DNA of 64,000 nt from assembly GCF_009914755.1 (NCBI RefSeq), contig NC_060925.1; one strand, written 5' to 3'. The notes beneath the pieces are model-generated. The model was given only the letters and a program-made list of their open reading frames with translations, had not been told where the DNA came from and searched no databases. The first letter of the stretch is position 1; the number at the start of each line of letters is the position of its first letter. The DNA is from the human T2T-CHM13v2.0 reference genome, Homo sapiens. A program made the translations under genes and the position numbers. Below are positions 28,800 to 42,379 of the stretch, piece after piece.

Positions 28800-30330
28800 T
28801 TGTTTATTCATTTAACAAAAGATATTGATTATTCAATATCTAATCTGTGATGCAGTATAGCTCAAGGCATAGGGTATAAAATCAGCCAGGTCATATTGTC
28901 TATCCTCATGAAGCTCATCATCTTTTCAGGGATAGGTGGATGAAGAAGTAACTTTGATATAATAAGTGCTCTAGGAGGGACATGTATAAAGGACAACAGA
29001 ATATAATGAAGGAAGAGTTAACTTTGCAGTAAAGAGCCAGAGAAGTCTTCACCGAACTGATCATGACTTAGTTAAATCTCTATACGAAAATTTAAAGTTC
29101 ACCAGGCAGGAAAAAAAAAAAATGTGTTTTCTTACCAGTGGAATTACAAGCACAAAGTCACAGAGGCCTGATGTCATGTGACATGTTCAGGAAATAGCAA
29201 ACAACCTTTTATAACTAAAGCAAATACTTCAGGTATGGGGAAGGGCGTTGAAGATTAATCTGAAAAAAATAGATTGGGATTGGATTTTGAAGAGATTTGT
29301 ATGAAGAAGTAGGTCATAAATCTATGGGCAACAGGCAACCACTGAAATTTTGAAATAAGCACATCACGTGATCCGATTTTTATTTCAGGAATTAACTGAT
29401 GTCAGGATGATGAATGGACTGAAAGACATAAAAACTAAGACTTAGTAAAGTTTATTTTCGTAGACAGAACAAGAAGCAGATTTCTGGGTTTCTGTAATAA
29501 AATCTTCACTTGTTTTCTTGCCTCTATCTTTGCCTCTTATAGAATAATCATGACACAGCAGCCAGAGCTATTCTTTTAAAGACAAAATCAGGAAAAAAAT
29601 CAGGTCATGTCATTTCTCTGCTCAACTCTTGCAATGATTCTTCAAATAGCTCAGAGTAAAAGACAAAGTCTTTATAATCAATAACGTACAAGCTCCCATC
29701 ACCTGTCTGCTTTGGTCTCTTACTACTCTTTCCCTGGTTCCCTCATTCTAGCCTCACTGGCCTCCTTGCTGATTCTCATAAATGCCAGATATGCCCCATC
29801 TTAGGATCTTTGTCTCATAAATGCAGAGTTAATTATTGCTTTTAAATCTTAGCTCAAGTGTCACCCTTTCACTGAGGGCTTTCCTGGTTACCCTATTTGA
29901 ATTGCAAACATCCATTTCTTCCTAGCGCTCACAATCCTCTATGTCCTGCTCTACATTTCCTCCCAAAGCATTTGTTATTCTCTAACATACTATTTAATTT
30001 ATTCTTTAAATTATCCGATTGTCTTTCTCCCTTGCTAGAGTTTAAGGCATCAATCTTCTCCTTGGTTCAGTAATGTGTCTGAAAGTGCCTAGAACTTTGT
30101 CTGGCACATAGCAGGCTCTTAATTAATATTTTCAGTGAAAAAAATAAGGGTCTTAAGAAAGTAAGATAGTGAAAAAGGAACGGTTGGATTGAAGAGTTTT
30201 GAAATGAATTTAGTGTAATTGTGGGTGGGACTTAGTAATTGATTTAATACAATCATTAAGTGAGATGAGAGAATAAAAGCTTTACCAATTTATCTGGCTT
30301 TGTTGAATCAGAGGATTATGGTATTAGTAG
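28800..30330 (-). mobile_element. Old L2 (L2c-like), interrupted by L2a at about 29480-30140
   Basis: ttattcatttaacaaaagatattgatt tail; gcaacaggcaaccactgaaattttgaaataag. Resumes at about 30150. Confidence 0.62.
29480..30140 (+). mobile_element. L2a 3' fragment
   Basis: acacagcagccagagctattcttttaaa...gcctagaactttgtctggcacatagcaggctcttaattaatatt. Confidence 0.85.
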
Positions 30331-30824
30331 CCTATATTCTCTTATTTCTAGAAAAGGCAGAAAAGTTAGTTCCTTATAAATTCTAAAACCATGTAAAGAC
30401 TATATAAAATATATTAAAGATTTTAAAACTCTCTTAAAATCTCCAGCTATACAAATACACATTGTCTTTGCTTTACTGTTTCATAAATATTTTTATTTTT
30501 CCTTGGAAAAGACAGAGAGACAGAGAAATAGAGAGAGCGAGATGCAAGAAGATAGGCTCTTAAATTATCATCTACCTTCCTCAAATACACAAATTAAATA
30601 AAGAGAAAAACAGATCCAAATTACCCTCTATTGCTCTTGTTTCTCTCTCTCTCTCTCTCTTTTTTTTTTTTTAAACTATGGGACCCTTGTCCTCATGATT
30701 CTGGTTATTGTGAACTTTAGCTCTTACATGGATGTAATTACTTGCTCTTGCAATAGTCTGGTGTCCTATAAGAGCATAGGGACAATGACTGCTATACTCT
30801 GAACAGTGTGGCCCCGAGGAGAAA

Positions 30825-31035
30825 AAAAGAGCTTCAATCTAGCTTGGATTCAACAGTTACTTTCAAGTTCCAGCTTTGTTAATTTATTAGCAACAAACCC
30901 TAAAGCAAATTATTTAACCTCATAAAGAATCAGTTCCTTTGTTTGTAAAATGATGCTATTGCAAAATATTGTGTGGTGAAGAAATGTAGTTTTTGAAAAT
31001 CGTGAAATGCAATAAACGTGTAAGATACAGCCATC
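30825..31035 (+). mobile_element. MIR
   Basis: ttcaagttccagctttg...gcaaattatttaacctc...cagttcctttgtttgtaaaatg. Confidence 0.6.
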
Positions 31036-31689
31036 ATTCTAAACAGCAAAGTGTGCTCATAGACAAGGAATCTGGCAGAGAAGTTAATGTTACTTGGTCT
31101 TTAGAAAACTATTCTATTTGTTGGGGGAGGGGAAGAAAAAACTAGTTTTACAATTTTTTCAACCAAGTCTGGTACTAGGTTCCAGTGTTATTTTTCTACT
31201 AGACAGTCACAGACAGAGTTGTCACATTTATATTTTTGCCCCAAAAGTTGCCTTGGGGTATAGTCACTCAGGGACCCCTCTAAACTTTATATTAGCTCAT
31301 ATCAGGATATTTCCTGACTAGAAACACTACTGAATGGCATCTCTAAGGGAGTTAAGTGTGTTTAAAAATTAATCAGTACTCTAATTTCATCTTCAGAATA
31401 TTTGCTAAAATCTGCTAATGTGTAGTCATGAATATAGCATCATACTATTTCTTATTAAATCTAAGATTTGAGTTTTCCATCTTGATTATATGCTTGGAAA
31501 TTTCAATAATCAGTAATTTTTTTTTTCTATAATTTTTCACTGCTAAAGTTTTTCTGATATTACATAAGACAAAGTCAATAGTAATTTTTTCCTTTGTCTT
31601 TGTACTTATAAAAGTCAATAACTGGAGCAATAAGACATCATAGGTAAAACAGGACTACTTTGAACCTCAGGGAACTAAGGCATTTTAAT

Positions 31690-31845
31690 GCAGTAGAAAG
31701 TCCACTGAACCAGAATACCAAAGGCTTACATTTAGTTCTAATCTGCCGTTAGCTAGATCCCAGGCCAATCATTTTACCTTTCCGTGAATCAACTCTTTAC
31801 CCAAAAAGTAAGCAAATAGACTACATAATTTGTCAGTATGTTTTA
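31690..31845 (+). mobile_element. MIR3-like fragment
   Basis: cagtagaaagtccactgaaccagaa...ttctaatctgccgttagctag. Confidence 0.45.
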
Positions 31846-33119
31846 CCTACAAAATTTTATGAAAATTATCTCTTCCTGGAAGAGGATGGCAACTAGTGGA
31901 AAAGGAATTGTTTTGAAAGCCTGCTAACTGAAAGTTAGCCAAAGATGTTTGAAGCAGATACTGTCCTGATAACTTGTAGCCATTGGAGAAGACACCATTT
32001 ACTAATTGTATTAAAATTAGAATTAAAAATAGCAGCATAGAGAGGCAATTTTATTATATTTATAAAATTCCCTCTCTAGGTAGTATAAAAGTCAGTAGCC
32101 AGTGATATCTAAAAGCATGCACTTGTTTTGGCTTCCCTGTGAAACTAATTTTGATATAAGAGTTTGTCAGAAGAGATTAGTGGTGATTTATATTCTCTAT
32201 TTCTAATTACTTTGCCCATTTCAGATCTCCTGAACAATTCTTGATAAAACTACAGTGAAAGTTTCACAAAACCTTCAATATCTATTTCTTAAGGATCTTC
32301 AGTTAATTCAAAACCAAAGAACAATCTGATATCCTGTTTAAAAATAACAATGCATGTCATACTAATTATTTATCTGAACAACAGAGGGTTTCAAATAAAC
32401 AAGCAATAAAAGCAACATGTTAGGGGATAATGCGAAGAGTAACAGCAATTTCATTTTTAACCAATTCTGCTGATGCTATAATTATTATTAGTTTTTGGAA
32501 ATACTCCTTCATCAAAGAACGCCTACTGTGGCATTCTGGCAGAGCCCATGTAGAGTTGACGATAAGCATTGTAAAAAGTCCCTATGCTTGTTTTTCTCTG
32601 GGAAATCAAAAACACCAACAGCTACCAATATGGATTATGAATAAAAACAAACAATAGCTCAGAGTAATTGTGTATGACCACTGTATTTTCTTTCATAGGC
32701 TCATTAATTCATCAGGAAACATGTATTGACAACTCTTTACATACCAGGTACAGTGCTCTAACTTAAAACTTTTCATGTTAGACCTTGGGTTATGACTTTA
32801 CAGGCAACTAGGTACTTTTTTCTGAAAAGAATAACTATTTTTCTGGCATCTTCAACATGTGCCATTTATTGCTGTTTTTCCTGATGGTAACTTCACATAA
32901 TGTTGCCTTATGTTGTACTTATCAATATTCTTAAAACATTTATTGACTCCATCTTGCTTATTACCAACTCATAAGCTTTCTGCATATTTTGCCATCATAT
33001 TTTATTTCTGTATTGTCCAGAGCTTTACACTTGAGATGCAGTCATCACAGTTTGGAAGCTTGTGAACATGTTGCACTCCACAATTTACAACTTCATGGAG
33101 AAACTCATTTTTCCACAGT

Positions 33120-33880
33120 GTTCTTATTTTGAAAATCTTCAAACCAATTGCAAAGTTGAAAAAATAGTATGATATAAGTACGCAGCTAGTCTCCAGCTAG
33201 GCCTACTAATTGTTAACATTGTGCCATTTTAAGTCTATTTATACATAGATACATTTTAGCTAAACCATTTTTTAATAAGTTGCATAAACCATGACTTTAC
33301 TTTTGCATGAAGCTTTGAAAAATTACAACAAAAAAAGAGTAGGACATTTTCTACATAATCACAATAACTCCATAATTATAAGTCTTGAAAATTAAAAATT
33401 GATCAAACAGATTTATCTAATTTACAGTCCATTATAAAATGACCTCAGTTGTCCCGGTAATGTCCTTCACAGCTGTTTCATTGTTTTGGTGTTGAGCCAA
33501 AATTCAATTAAGGATCACATGCTATAAGTTAACTGTCATAACTCTTTACTCTCTTTTAATCTAAAATAGTGCCCTGCTTTAAAAAAGATTGTCTTAATGT
33601 ATTAAAACTTAAAGAATCCAAGGCAGCTGCTTTTGTGATATAATTCGTACTTCTCTAATAATGCTACATAGCTGGTGTTGGACCCTGGTCAATGTGTTTC
33701 ACTAGAAGTCATGTATCATAAGTCTGATCTATGATTGGTAATGTTTGTTTGCTTGTTTTTTTTCTGTTGTAAAGGCATTTTATGCCCTTTGTAATTATTT
33801 TTAAACCCTATTTTAAGTAAATTTGATATAAATCTCTTTTTCTTTTTGACAATTTACTAATGGTTTGCAGAAGACATTGA
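33120..33880 (-). mobile_element. L1MC4/5-like 3' UTR relic
   Basis: ttattttgaaaatcttcaaacc...aattgttaacattgtgccattt...ggacattttctacataatcacaata...agttgtcccggtaatgtcctt. Confidence 0.68.
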
Positions 33881-34390
33881 TGACTCTTCACTGTCTTGAA
33901 AATATAAACATCTTCATACATCTATTACTCTTTTTGCGCTGGGTAGATCAGTTACAATAATCTTCTTATTCCCCCATGATTCTGTGTAGAATAACTTGAA
34001 TTCTTGGGCATGCAATTGTGAAATCATTTTTAACTTTTGACCAAATGTAATATCTATTAAATTTTCTACAATGATTCCATCAATCTGTTAAAATAAAGCT
34101 GGAATTAATTATTGAAAATCAGAAATATTGAACAGAAATGAAGTCTAACTCTACCTGTCGCATGATACAAAATGTTAGCATAGTTTCTAATATATTCTTT
34201 CCTGGGAACCAAATCTTAGTAACTAGCAAATCCAGGATGACTGTTTCTCCAATATCTTTAATAGATGTAGTAAAACGGTAACACAATTATATACTGTTTT
34301 CCTAAGTAATGCTCTTGAACTATAATGTTGTATTTCCTAAGTTGTTGAACTCAAATATCTTTTCAAGAAGAGGACATAATTATTTAGCAG

Positions 34391-34393
34391 TTT

Positions 34394-34457
<64 letters not shown>

Positions 34458-34528
34458 TCCTTCCTTCCTTCCTTCCTTCCTTCTTTTCTTTCTTTCTTCT
34501 CTCTCTCTGTCTCTCTCTTTCTCTCTAG
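34391..34528. repeat. Compound (TTTC)n(TTCC)n(CT)n microsatellite
   Basis: About 17 TTTC units, then TTCC and CT runs. Confidence 0.97.
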
Positions 34529-34651
34529 AAATACAAGGAACTTCAGCTTTTTTTCCCTAGATTTTTTGTTTGTCTTACTTTTTTTCAAGGCAAGAAACTC
34601 ATGGAGTGGTTATACACTCTTTTCCTAGGTCTATGCTCAAAACTAGATGAA

Positions 34652-34968
<317 letters not shown>

Positions 34969-35390
34969 TCAGAAGCTCTTTCATGGTTTATTACTTTGGC
35001 CAAAGCAATTACATTTTAGAAATAAAATACAATATTACAAATAAAATAACACAAATACAATGCAATATTTTTTGTGAGCATTCTGTACTTTGCCTATACC
35101 CTCACCAGTACTAGGATAAATGTATTGAGAAGATTGCCAAAAATCCTTGTCCCTGAGGGGAGATTCTCTTTCTGTCAATGAAGATGATGAACTATTTTCA
35201 TTTTCTAATTTGAGAAGACAGCCAAATGCCCTGCTGGGTTTAATCTTCTCTATTCCAGAGTATTATTTGGATTCTACAGGCTACATCAACAATTTATGTG
35301 CCTTCATTTGATTAGCAGATTATGAGGGTGGAATGTATAAATGCACTTCTTCAGCATTAAGATTGGGAGCACATTTTCTTTAAATAAGAA

Positions 35391-35610
35391 TTGTACAAAA
35401 TGATGACTGTAATAAATAATAATCATTGTATATTTCAAAATTGCCAAAAGAGTAGATTTTAAATGTTTTTATCATTTAAAAATGATAATTATATGAGGTG
35501 AATTTGTTAATTAGTTTGATTCAATCATTCCACAATGTAAACATGTATTGAAACATCACATTGTGCCACACAAACCTATGCAATTACTATTTTTATTAAA
35601 AATAGTGTGT
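35391..35610 (+). mobile_element. 5'-truncated L1MA 3' end
   Basis: ttgtatatttcaaaattgccaaaagagtagattttaaatg...aatcattccacaatgtaaac. Flanking direct repeat ttttctttaaa[t/a]aagaa at 35374-35390 and 35611-35627. Confidence 0.83.
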
Positions 35611-37396
35611 TTTTCTTTAAAAAAGAAGAGCGACACCACCTAGATTTAACAGTGCTCTACAGTGTAACAATTTTTTAAGAGATAGGGAATATCAATGAGA
35701 AATAGCACAATTCATCTAAATCAATGTGAGAGCCATCCTTTAATTTGATACCTCATCATTTTACATTTGTTGTTTTTAAATTAATAATTTCCCAAAGCGT
35801 TCATTTTGATCAAGCCTGTCATACTCTTCAAGTAATCAAGGTACAGTTAGCGTTCAATTTCTATGCCAATTCACTATCTTGAAACAGAGTGACGAGTAAG
35901 ACATATTTCAAACATACTCGGGTGATATCCAGAGTTGACAGAAGCAGAAACCTTATTTCCATTTTGTGTCTCTTGCATATCAATAATTTATAAATTATTG
36001 ACCAAATGGCCTGCATGTCTTGGTTAAGACCTTTAATGAATGAAACAAAAAAAGAAACTAGGGTTTAATTAAAGAAAGGCAAATTTGCTTGGGATTCATC
36101 CTCTATCTCCAATATTAGTGTAAATAACAATAATAATAAAAAAAAAACAGCTTCACGTGCCTTGTCTTGCAGGGCATGAAAGGTTCAAATAGAAAAGCAG
36201 CATGGTGATGGGGCTGACTGTTCCAGAATTGATGTGCCCGTGCTCCGTGAGGAACGCAGCTCATCTGTACCAGCAAATGTGTTGGCTCCTGCCTGCAATT
36301 GTATCATTCAGGAGTGCATTGTAAAAACAATTCACGGATAAGCACAGGTAAGTGTTATTACTCATGTCCTATCCTGGTAAAACCATGTAGTGTAGACATG
36401 CTGTGAAAGTGCTCACTTTTGTCCAAGTGTTTTTCTTTGGAAATTTTTTAACTGGTCCCTGTTCTGTGTTAGATTCTCGACTTCTTTCAGCAGCACTTTG
36501 AAATGACATGTAAGAAGGGGTATTATAGTGTTCAGTGTAAATAAGAAATTCCTTTTTAGTTAAAGTTTTAGGATTCTCTATCTTATTACCTCTCTCAACT
36601 AAAAAGTAATACCTCGAGTTCCTGATTGTGCTGTTGGTTGACTTTCTAATGTATTCTTTCCTTCTTTTTATATTTTCTTTCTTTCTAAACATAGTACAAT
36701 GTCTCTAGCTAAAAAAGAAATGGGTAAGTCACAAATCTGAAATATATTCCTCAGTCATGAACTTCACAGGTAACCAGTGTTCATTACAGAGGCTGAAGTT
36801 TTTAAATTTTAAGAACACTTTAAATCAATGCTTTTTGAGTAGCACTGAGTAATTTGTGCTAGTTTTCCTCAGTCGTTTAATGACCCGTAAGTGAACTATT
36901 GCACAAAATAATGCAGTGTTCACTTATAATTTTCAAATAATTTTTTGCATGAATGTACTTTTAATTTAAACAGTATTATATAAATTAACATTCTGGAGTC
37001 TGAAACATTGTTCATTCCCTCTGTAATATCCCGGTTACAGACATTGAAATAATTTCACCTTTCTTAGATCAGCCTACTATAGCAATAACAGTGTCATTTG
37101 GTTTCTCTTTAAGGAAGCATACTGATAAATTTACAATATAGTTTGCAACTATGGCCCAACTACTAAGGATATTCTACTCCATGAAGCTTGTTAAGTTATT
37201 CAACGTAAGGCCAAGGGCATATTTTTAAAGAAAATAAAATGAATGCTCTTAATTTATCAATTGTTCTGTCATTAGGGGTCTAAACTGTTGTATACTTTTT
37301 CTTGGATCATTAGGCAACCTTGTAATAAGGAGAAAAAAATGTAAATGTCTGGAACAATTTGTTCATAGCTATAAGCCTACAACCACGGCGTTAAAA

Positions 37397-37412
37397 GCTC
37401 CCTAGTGGCAAC
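37397..37412 (-). promoter_or_regulatory. Candidate CTCF site
   Basis: Minus strand reads gttgCCACTAGGGAGC, one mismatch from the CCACTAGGGGGC core, in unique DNA with nearby CpGs. Confidence 0.5.
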
Positions 37413-38482
37413 GTAGTTTCAGAATTCCCATGTGATACATAGCATTGCAAACGAGGTACTATGAAAATTTCTACAGATGGCTGCTTAATGTGTAAATTAA
37501 TCTGACTCAGTAAGGATCTTGCCAGTCACTGGCAGCTATAATTATAGATCAAAATAAGATCTTGCTCTACAAATTTGTTCAACCAGAGAACTGTAGCATA
37601 TACACAAGTTTATTTAAATACTTTAATTATTTACTGCCAGGATTTGTGACACACGTGTGCTTCAACTTGCAAACACTAATAGGAATGATATAGCACCATG
37701 TTAGTAGCATAAAACAAACAAGGTAATTAAAAATATAGAGGAAAAACAACACAAAATAACAAAACCAAATATCCTTCTCTAGGCAAAATAGATTTTCAAA
37801 GCAAATTGATCAAATAATAGACATCAGTCAGAATGGGCATTTGGAAGGATCCAATTAAGTATGAAGCTGATACCTCTTTACAATCTTATAATCTTAAAAT
37901 TAAAATTAAAATCTAAATTACCCCAATTAAGCCCTCATTAACTAGCTTAATTCAGAGGTCTACTTAAATTTCAAGGTAACAGCTGAAAGTTTATTTAAGA
38001 CAAGCGTGTTTACACTTAATGAGATTCCTATGAATTTTTGGCTTTTTTGGAGAGTTTAGGAAAGCACCAACCTTGAAAGTCACATCTGTTCTGTTCCTAG
38101 AACTAGAAAACAATCCCCTTCCTTCTATTAACTATGAGAAACAGAATTCTCTAGGAAAAATACACTGCAATTGACAAAGGATCCCCTTTTTCCCCCAAGG
38201 TAATCTTTAATATTGTCCTTACTCAATTGAAGTAAATCCTAATTTAAATAAACTAATCTGAAACTCCATTCAAAGAAAGGAAGAAGTGGTACCATAAGAG
38301 GAGATCTGCTATTACAATTTCAAAGCACTCCTTATTTTCTTTGAGGGTAATACTTAAAGATAACATTAACCAAGCTCTCTGCCTAATATTGAGGAATGTG
38401 GCCTTCTCCTTTTCCATAGTGCCAGTCTGTCAATGGAGAGATGATTAAACTATATACATCTTTCTTCACCTTCATTAAGAAA

Positions 38483-38662
38483 CTGTGTAGCATAATGTAG
38501 GGAACATAAGGCTGGAAGTCAAGACCTTGGTTTCTGCAGGAATAACTGATTGTCAGCAAAGCACTTAACCTCTATGAACCTCAGTTACTTCATCTATAAA
38601 ATGAGAAGCTTGGGCCAGGAGACATCTAAGGTGTCTCTTTCAGTTCAGTATTTAATCATCCT
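38483..38662 (+). mobile_element. MIR3/MIRc
   Basis: cacttaacctctatgaacctcagttacttcatctataaaatgagaagcttgggccaggagacatctaagg. Confidence 0.78.
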
Positions 38663-39519
38663 ATAAAACAGTGTGTATAGAAATGAAGAGAACTGACTGG
38701 TTCTCTAGCTAATCTTGACTCTTTAAACAAAGCTTCTCAGTGATATGGATGTTTCAAGGAAAATAAGTTTGCCTTAATTTTTCACTTCACACAAAAAGCC
38801 CTACTTCTAGAAAGAAGAGGTATGTACCTCCATGATATATTCTAAGTTACTGGAAAATCCCTGTAACTCACTAAAGGCTCTGAAGTTGTCAGCTTTAGAC
38901 ACTTCTTCATGTTAGATGGCAGCATTTTTCAGTAGGCTTTGAACTTGATTTGCTGTTACTGGGTTTGTCAAACTGGGAGCATGAATGTTAACGATCTGAT
39001 CAAGTTAAGGTTATTCACACTTAGTGCAAATGTGTTTTTTAAATCGTGTCTCAGGTCCCCATTCTGCAGTCAGTACAGAAGCATTTGGATGGAAAAGGGA
39101 CTGAGCATTACCATTTTAGAAAAGATTCTTGAAAGACACTGCATTAAGGATAACTAAGTATTAGCAAACACCAGAAAAGCAAGGGCAGGAACTCTGTGTG
39201 TCAAGATATTCAGGGTACTCACAAAATATGATATCCCATTGGGAGGAAATGGGATTTCCTCTTTTCACTAAGAGAAAAACTTAATATTTTGCTGCTAATC
39301 TTATCATGAGCTCCTAGTAGGGTTTGACTGTTCTACATTCCTTAGTCCTTTAATTAAAGCAAGACTGGAAAAGTGAAGTGCAACAAACATGAATGGTTTA
39401 GTAGCCAGAGCTTTTTCTTTTTTCTTTTTTTCTTAGAAAAACAATAAAGCAAAAGAAAAAAAATTATTTGATGATTGCTACCTAACATTTGTGTTTGGTG
39501 TTAGGAGGAAAATAGAGAT

Positions 39520-39797
39520 TAGTGGAGAAAATAGCAAATCCCAGGTCTAAAAGGGGGCTGTGCATGTCCTCAGTTTCAACCAATGTTCCCGTATGATGGG
39601 GACTCATTATTGCCATTGATTGCCATGTCTTCTGAGTTCTCACAAGAAGTCTTCAATCTAGACTTTCATAAGCCATCCTCCATTTAAAAAAGAAAAATTG
39701 ACAGCTATTTTTTTAAAAGTTTAAAATATTATGCAGGTTAAACAAAACACATTGGCAGGCTAGATTGACCCAAATCTACCAGTTTTCAACTTTTGAA
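39520..39797 (-). mobile_element. hAT-Charlie relic (MER103C-like)
   Basis: aaacaaaacacattggcaggctagattgaccc...accagttttcaacttttg end motif. Confidence 0.55.
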
Positions 39798-40707
39798 CTA
39801 GAGCTCCATTAAACATATATGTAAGTATCAAACCCTAAAAAGCCAACACTCCTAATTGAATAAAAACAGCAATAACAACAACCAAACTCAATGCCCAAGT
39901 CAAAAACCTACCTGGGGACATACAGTAGGCTATCATCACCTGATTTCCTTGATGTTAGCCTGGTACTTAATCCACAGTGCCATGCTTTTACTGGTTAAGA
40001 ATTTTTTTCCAATAATATGGACATGGAAGTATACCACCTACAGAATCAAAGATTACAGTCATTATTGTGACTAAAATAGCAGTCATATTATTAGAGACAC
40101 TGACATACACTCAAAAAAATTAGATGTGGGTGTTTGAATATTTTGAAAAAGGATTATGCAGTGTATCTTCTCTATACTCTTTGCAGCTGATAAGTTATTA
40201 AATATGTTTGGAGGACAATACGTGGTTTCTTTCTAAAACAAGTAACAGTTTTTAATTTTTTCTTATTTTTTTCTTGTCAGCCATTTGCTGGGAAGTATCC
40301 AGTGTGTTCTTTCTTTTACAGATTGCCACAAAAGGCACAACATTGAATTTGAATATTTCATTGTTTTTTAGCTGCTCTAAAGGTAAACCAAGAGAGGAAA
40401 GAAAATTCAAGTTAATTAAGGCATAATCCATTAATGGCATAAATACTGCCAACAAAAAAATAATACTCAGTACTCTTAAAACACCTCTAGCCCAATTTTG
40501 TTGATTAAGTAGGGGATTCTACTCTTAGTTTTCATATTTTTGCATTTGTTTCATAGGATCTAAGCTAATACCATAGGGCAGTGGTACCCAAATGTTTTTT
40601 GTCTAATTCCCTATTACTTAAAAATAACACATAGTTAAAATTATATATGTAGTCGTATATACTATATAGACCATGTGTGTGTGTATATGTGTGTGTATAC
40701 ATATATA

Positions 40708-41065
40708 TTTGTTTATTTATTAAACAATTATTTATATGGCACCTAGCAAATGTCAGAGACCAGAGACCCAGTGGTAAGCAAGACAGCTACTTCCTATTCT
40801 ATTCTAAATTTTATAACCTGGTGATTGATATAAACATTAAACAAAAAGCATTAAAAGAATTATTAAAAGTTTAATTGTGAAGAATGTTAATTAAAAAAAG
40901 AGTCTCTAATGGGGAGATTAACCATGGCCTGGTGTGGGGAGGGACTGAGAGTTTGGGTCTTGGAGGACAACTAAGAAAGTAGCATTTATGTTAGACTTGG
41001 AAGAAGGCATGAATGCTGGCCAGACCAAGAATTAGTGGAAGAGCATCCCTAGCAGCTAAAAATCA
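40708..41065 (-). mobile_element. L2 3' fragment
   Basis: tttattaaacaattatttatatggcacctagcaaatgtcagagacc...ggaagagcatccctagcag. Confidence 0.65.
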
Positions 41066-41169
41066 GAGTTGGCTTTTAAATACTTCTTCCCTAATGGGGC
41101 CTCATTCAGCTTTCTTTAAGGCCTGTCAACAATTTCACATTTTATTATGACTTTGGTAAATGATAGTAC

Positions 41170-41365
41170 TATTGGCAAAGGCCTTAGGTCACACAGACTG
41201 GGTTCAATTTACTCACTGTGGAAACAAGCAGAGTAAATTATTTACTTCTAATTTTCTTATTTGCAAATAGAAGATATAAAACCTTGTTTCTTCTCTAAAC
41301 TTTTTTGGAAATTAAGTAAAACATATTAAGCAAATGGCTCAAATTTGATATACGGTAGTTGTTAG
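41170..41365 (+). mobile_element. MIR
   Basis: gtcacacagactgggttcaatt...aattttcttatttgcaaatag. Confidence 0.55.
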
Positions 41366-41559
41366 TGTGTTATATTTTCTTTCCCCTTCATGATGAAAAA
41401 CCCTGAAAAAAGATACATCTTAAGAATATTGCAGGTGGATGGAATTATGAAGTTGATTGAAGGGGTTTTATCCCCGTATAAAAGTGTTTGCTTGCAACCC
41501 TTTTCTTTGCCTTTTACTTACTCTTCAGGAAACAAATAATCCTGCTTCCAAAAAAACAA

Positions 41560-41782
41560 AAGCTGCCATTTGTTTAATGTAAGACATTGCACTGATAAAC
41601 TTTAGTAAGATGTTTAGTTTGGTCTTTACAACCTTGGGTATGAGATATTCTCACTTCCGTTTTACAAAAGGAGAAACTGAGGTTACTAATGTTAAGCAAT
41701 TTGCCCAAGGTCAAATTCTTACCAAGTAGCCACTTGGGATTTAAACTTAGGTTGCATAACTCTAAAGGCCATGTTCTTAAAA
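41560..41782 (-). mobile_element. MIR
   Basis: ttccgttttacaaaaggagaaactgaggtt...gttaagcaatttgcccaaggtca. Confidence 0.8.
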
Positions 41783-42379
41783 CTCTGGGGCATATTTTAT
41801 GGAATAAATATTTTAATTATGTGTGCACATCATTCGAAATAACTTGGAAAAAAAACCTGTTAAGTATTACATTAGAATTTTATATTAGAAATATAAAAAC
41901 GTTTATTTTTATGATACAAACATCAGAAAGTACAATTCAAAAAATATTTTCTTATCTCAGTATTAGTGTTTCCTCAAGGGAAGGGTGGGGTGAGCTGAGT
42001 TTCAACATTTTTGTTTGATTGTTCTTTTGGATTTAAAACAGAAAGATTTGAGAGCCATTGGCATGGAAAGACATAACAAAATTTAAAGTATTTGATTAAA
42101 GTATTTTTCTTCTGATTGTCTCTCAATAGGAAATGATAGAAAATGAGAGAAGAGTTATATACATGAGAATGCTTATTTAAAAAGTGAGCAATTAGAATCG
42201 ACATCTTTATCCAACAATAGAAAAATAATTGATTAGTACAGAATTAATTCATAAAAATGAATATCAATTAGCCATTTAAAATGATAGTCCCAAAGACACT
42301 GGCAAAGTAGACAATATTTTGGTATATGAAGACGTTTGGAGGAAAGCAGGATATAAAACTACCTATTAAGATTTTAACT

